NCBI GenBank assembly: GCA_964475805.1
Contig: CAYZAH010000001.1
Coordinates: 1-32,980 of the forward strand
Direction of reading: 5' to 3'
Length of the DNA stretch: 32,980 nt
Source: an uncultured Pirellulales bacterium
Lineage (GTDB): Bacteria > Planctomycetota > Phycisphaerae > Sedimentisphaerales > Anaerobacaceae
This document shows positions 30,882 through 32,980 of this stretch, piece after piece. The position numbers and the translations under genes were made by a program. The notes beneath the pieces are model-generated. The model did no database searches and was not told the origin of the DNA. It worked only from the letters and a program-made list of their open reading frames with translations. Numbering within the stretch: the first letter of the stretch is position 1; the number at the start of each line of letters is the position of its first letter.

Positions 30882-32510
30882 ATGAAAACACATATCATCG
30901 TCACACTGACGTTGCTGGTCAACACTTGCGGCGCATGGGCTAACGTGGGAGACGTCGTGAAAACCATCGAGACGCCGGGGCCTTGCCCAAAGGGCCTGAC
31001 CTTCGACGGAAAGAACCTCTGGCTCGCAGATGCCTTCACCGACAAGATCTACGCAATCGAACCTGATACGGGCAAAGTGGTCCGAAGCTTTGAAACGCCC
31101 GGCTACGAGCCGGAGGGCCTGGCGTGGGATGGCGAGGGCCTCTGGCACGCCGATTCAGCCGAGAATCTGCTCTACCGGCTCGATCCACACTCCGGCAAAG
31201 CCACGAAGGTGATCGAATCGAGCACGAGCAACCCGCGAGACATGGCGTGGGACGGAAAGTTCCTCTGGATCGTCGATCACAAGAAGGACGTCCTGATGAG
31301 AGTCTCACCCGTGGACGGTTCGGCCGTTCGGTTCTTCGACTCCCCGGCGGCGGAACCTACCGGAATAGCGTTCGACGGCAAGTATCTGTGGGTGGCGGAC
31401 CGACTCGAGAACAGGATTTATCTCGTCGATCCGGCGGACGGACTGTGCCTCTCATCGTTGCGCAGCTACGGGCCGCTTCCTTACGGCCTGGCCTGGGATG
31501 GCGATTTCTTATGGAACGTGGATTACGAGAACCGCCAGATTTATAAGGTGAAGGTTTTCGATAGGAACATCCTGAGCAAGTGGGATAAGCGTCAGATGGC
31601 GCTGCATTTTGTCAAGGAATTCCGTAACTACGGGCCGGGAACCGTGGACGCTCTGGACGTTTATCTTCCTCTGCCGATCAATCGCGACAATCAAACGCTC
31701 CTTGGCCCGATTGAATTCGACTCCGCGCCGGCGGAGATCATCGAGGACGACTGGGGACAAAAGATCGCCCATTTCAGTTATAACAATATTGAAAGCTACA
31801 GACTTATCAGAGCAGGCTGGAAGGTCAAGGCCAACATCTACGCCGCGGAGTACTTCCTCTACCCCGACAAGGTGGGAACTATCGACGCAATCCCGAGGGA
31901 GATCAAAGACAAATACCTTCAAAACGCTGAGAAATACCTCATTAATGACCCGTACATCAAGAAGCTCGCGCATCAAATCGCGGGCAACGAGAAAAATCCC
32001 TACTGGATCGCTCGACGCGTGCTGGATTATCTGGGCAAGAATTTGAGCTACAATCTCAAGCCGATAGGAGGATGGAACCCGGCGCCGGTGGTCCTCAAGC
32101 GCGGCACGGCGTCGTGCTCGGAGTATTCGTATTGCATGATCGCACTATGTCGGGCTTCAGGCGTTCCAATACGATACGTCGGGGCGGTTAGCCGGCGAGG
32201 CGACGACGGCTGGATGGATGACGTGTTCCACCGCTGGGTGGAGGTCTATTTGCCTCCCTACGGCTGGATCCCCTTCGACGCTAATAAGGGCGATCGAACT
32301 CGGCCCGGCGACAAGGTCCTGGGCGTGGGCAATATTTCGGCCCGGTACATTATCACTACTGAAAACGGCGGCGGCGACAAATACCTGTGGTTCGGGTACA
32401 ACTACGGCTACAACTGGACGAGCGAGGGCAAGTGCCACGTGCACGATCAAAACTACGGCCTGTGGTCCAATTTCGGCGAGAAGAAGTACAACAAACCCGA
32501 GGGCGAATAG
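30882..32510 (+). CDS. Secreted fusion: five-repeat beta-propeller (glutaminyl-cyclase-like) + transglutaminase-core (Cys-His-Asp) domain
   Basis: Signal peptide MKTHIIVTLTLLVNTCGAWA. Five ~45-aa repeats with the (F/W)DGxxLWxxD motif (LTFDGKNLWLAD, LAWDGEGLWHAD, MAWDGKFLWIVD, IAFDGKYLWVAD, LAWDGDFLWNVD). Transglutaminase-like core GTASCSEYSYCMIALCRASGVPIRYV ... FHRWVEVYLPPYGWIPFDA. GGGAGG SD. Confidence 0.85.
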   Translation: MKTHIIVTLTLLVNTCGAWANVGDVVKTIETPGPCPKGLTFDGKNLWLADAFTDKIYAIEPDTGKVVRSFETPGYEPEGLAWDGEGLWHADSAENLLYRLDPHSGKATKVIESSTSNPRDMAWDGKFLWIVDHKKDVLMRVSPVDGSAVRFFDSPAAEPTGIAFDGKYLWVADRLENRIYLVDPADGLCLSSLRSYGPLPYGLAWDGDFLWNVDYENRQIYKVKVFDRNILSKWDKRQMALHFVKEFRNYGPGTVDALDVYLPLPINRDNQTLLGPIEFDSAPAEIIEDDWGQKIAHFSYNNIESYRLIRAGWKVKANIYAAEYFLYPDKVGTIDAIPREIKDKYLQNAEKYLINDPYIKKLAHQIAGNEKNPYWIARRVLDYLGKNLSYNLKPIGGWNPAPVVLKRGTASCSEYSYCMIALCRASGVPIRYVGAVSRRGDDGWMDDVFHRWVEVYLPPYGWIPFDANKGDRTRPGDKVLGVGNISARYIITTENGGGDKYLWFGYNYGYNWTSEGKCHVHDQNYGLWSNFGEKKYNKPEGE

Positions 32511-32513
32511 CAC

Positions 32514-32558
32514 GATTCGAGGGCGTTCCGCCTTCGAATCGCGGGTAAGATGCCCGCG
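32514..32558. terminator. Two adjacent GC-rich hairpins between convergent genes (possible bidirectional terminator)
   Basis: GATTCGAGGGCG-ttc-CGCCTTCGAATC (12-bp stem including one G-U pair, 32514-32540), then CGCGGG-taagatg-CCCGCG (32540-32558). There is no obvious U-tract. Confidence 0.4.
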
Positions 32559-32636
32559 ACACGGTGGGTGGCAGCCTCAAGCGGAGCTTGGGGATGGCCG
32601 CGAACGCCGGATTCCTGCCAGACACATGGTGTTCGT

Positions 32637-32980
32637 TCAGGCTTCCACGGCGAACGTGGGCTTTCGACTCTTCCACGCCCCGCCTGTGAAGTCGGGGACT
32701 TTTACGGGCTTGCTGCCCGAGGCAATCGACTGCTCCGAAAGCGGGCCGATCACGCTCATGGTCACCGAATCGTAGACGTCGATGGGAGTCTGCGTTCGGT
32801 TTCGGACTGCTTTGATAAACTGTTGAAGTTCGAGAAAGTCCGTGCCGCCGTGGCCGCCCTGGGCGCCCTTCTTCCACCATGTGTGCTCGTATTTCTCCTG
32901 GTAAGGATCGAACGGCTCCCACTGGTGGTATTCAGGGCTTTTGTCGAGAACATAAACCGCATTTCGTTGCTCGTTGTAGA
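32637..32980 (-). CDS. 3' end of a second Gfo/Idh/MocA-type oxidoreductase (5' end outside the window)
   Basis: My own reverse-strand translation, in phase from 32978: YNEQRNAVYVLDKSPEYHQWEPFDPYQEKYEHTWWKKGAQGGHGGTDFLELQQFIKAVRNRTQTPIDVYDSVTMSVIGPLSEQSIASGSKPVKVPDFTGGAWKSRKPTFAVEA*. It is not in the ORF track because it has no in-window start. Confidence 0.65.
   Translation of the reverse strand, partial: YNEQRNAVYVLDKSPEYHQWEPFDPYQEKYEHTWWKKGAQGGHGGTDFLELQQFIKAVRNRTQTPIDVYDSVTMSVIGPLSEQSIASGSKPVKVPDFTGGAWKSRKPTFAVEA

Noticed and set aside
29304-31148. 614-aa minus-strand ORF as listed in the ORF track
   Set aside because: The first 161 codons have no family resemblance and overlap the well-supported plus-strand gene starting at 30882. 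A Tat-signal N-terminus (MTQPVSTSNVNRREFLK) with an AGGAGG SD begins at 30665, so the CDS was trimmed to 29304-30665.
32218-32922. ORFs 32218-32775 (+) and 32356-32922 (-), also 32762-32962 (-)
   Set aside because: They overlap the C-terminus of the transglutaminase-fusion gene, or lie out of frame with the Gfo/Idh/MocA-like partial CDS that I could translate in the third reverse frame (32637-32980). Their compositions are Arg/Pro-rich and uninformative.

Overview
This window is a flagellar super-locus from a moderately GC-rich bacterium. The gene order resembles the spirochaete/firmicute/PVC-type flgB operon, but the taxon cannot be proven from sequence alone.

Layout:
(1) nt 1-7724 (+): two abutting giant multidomain glycosyltransferase polyproteins. 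Together they carry 1 methyltransferase-like and 7 GT modules plus TPR-like segments. The first is truncated by the window edge.
(2) fliD (+), encoding an unusually long cap protein.
(3) A convergent 17-gene minus-strand block: flgB-flgC-fliE-fliF-fliG-fliH-fliI-fliJ-(MgtE_N-like gene)-motA-motB-motB' // fliO-fliP-fliQ-fliR-flhB.
(4) A plus-strand block divergent from flgB: fliK, a short TPR fragment, a TPR + GT9-like protein (FlmG-type architecture), a minimal 270-aa flagellin, and fliS.
(5) Non-flagellar genes: a Tat-signal Gfo/Idh/MocA oxidoreductase (-), a secreted five-repeat propeller + transglutaminase-core fusion (+), and the 3' end of a second Gfo/Idh/MocA gene (-).

By eye I find three near-consensus sigma54 (-24/-12) promoters, in front of flgB, fliK and fliO. 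I also find sigma28-type promoters in front of the flagellin (strong match) and fliD (weaker match). The fliE-fliF spacer holds a compound repeat element.

I saw no rRNA, tRNA, CRISPR array, transposase or integrase.

The most interesting hypothesis is a fused, assembly-line-like flagellar glycosylation system: three TPR-bearing GT proteins flanking the filament genes. This rests on motifs and context only.
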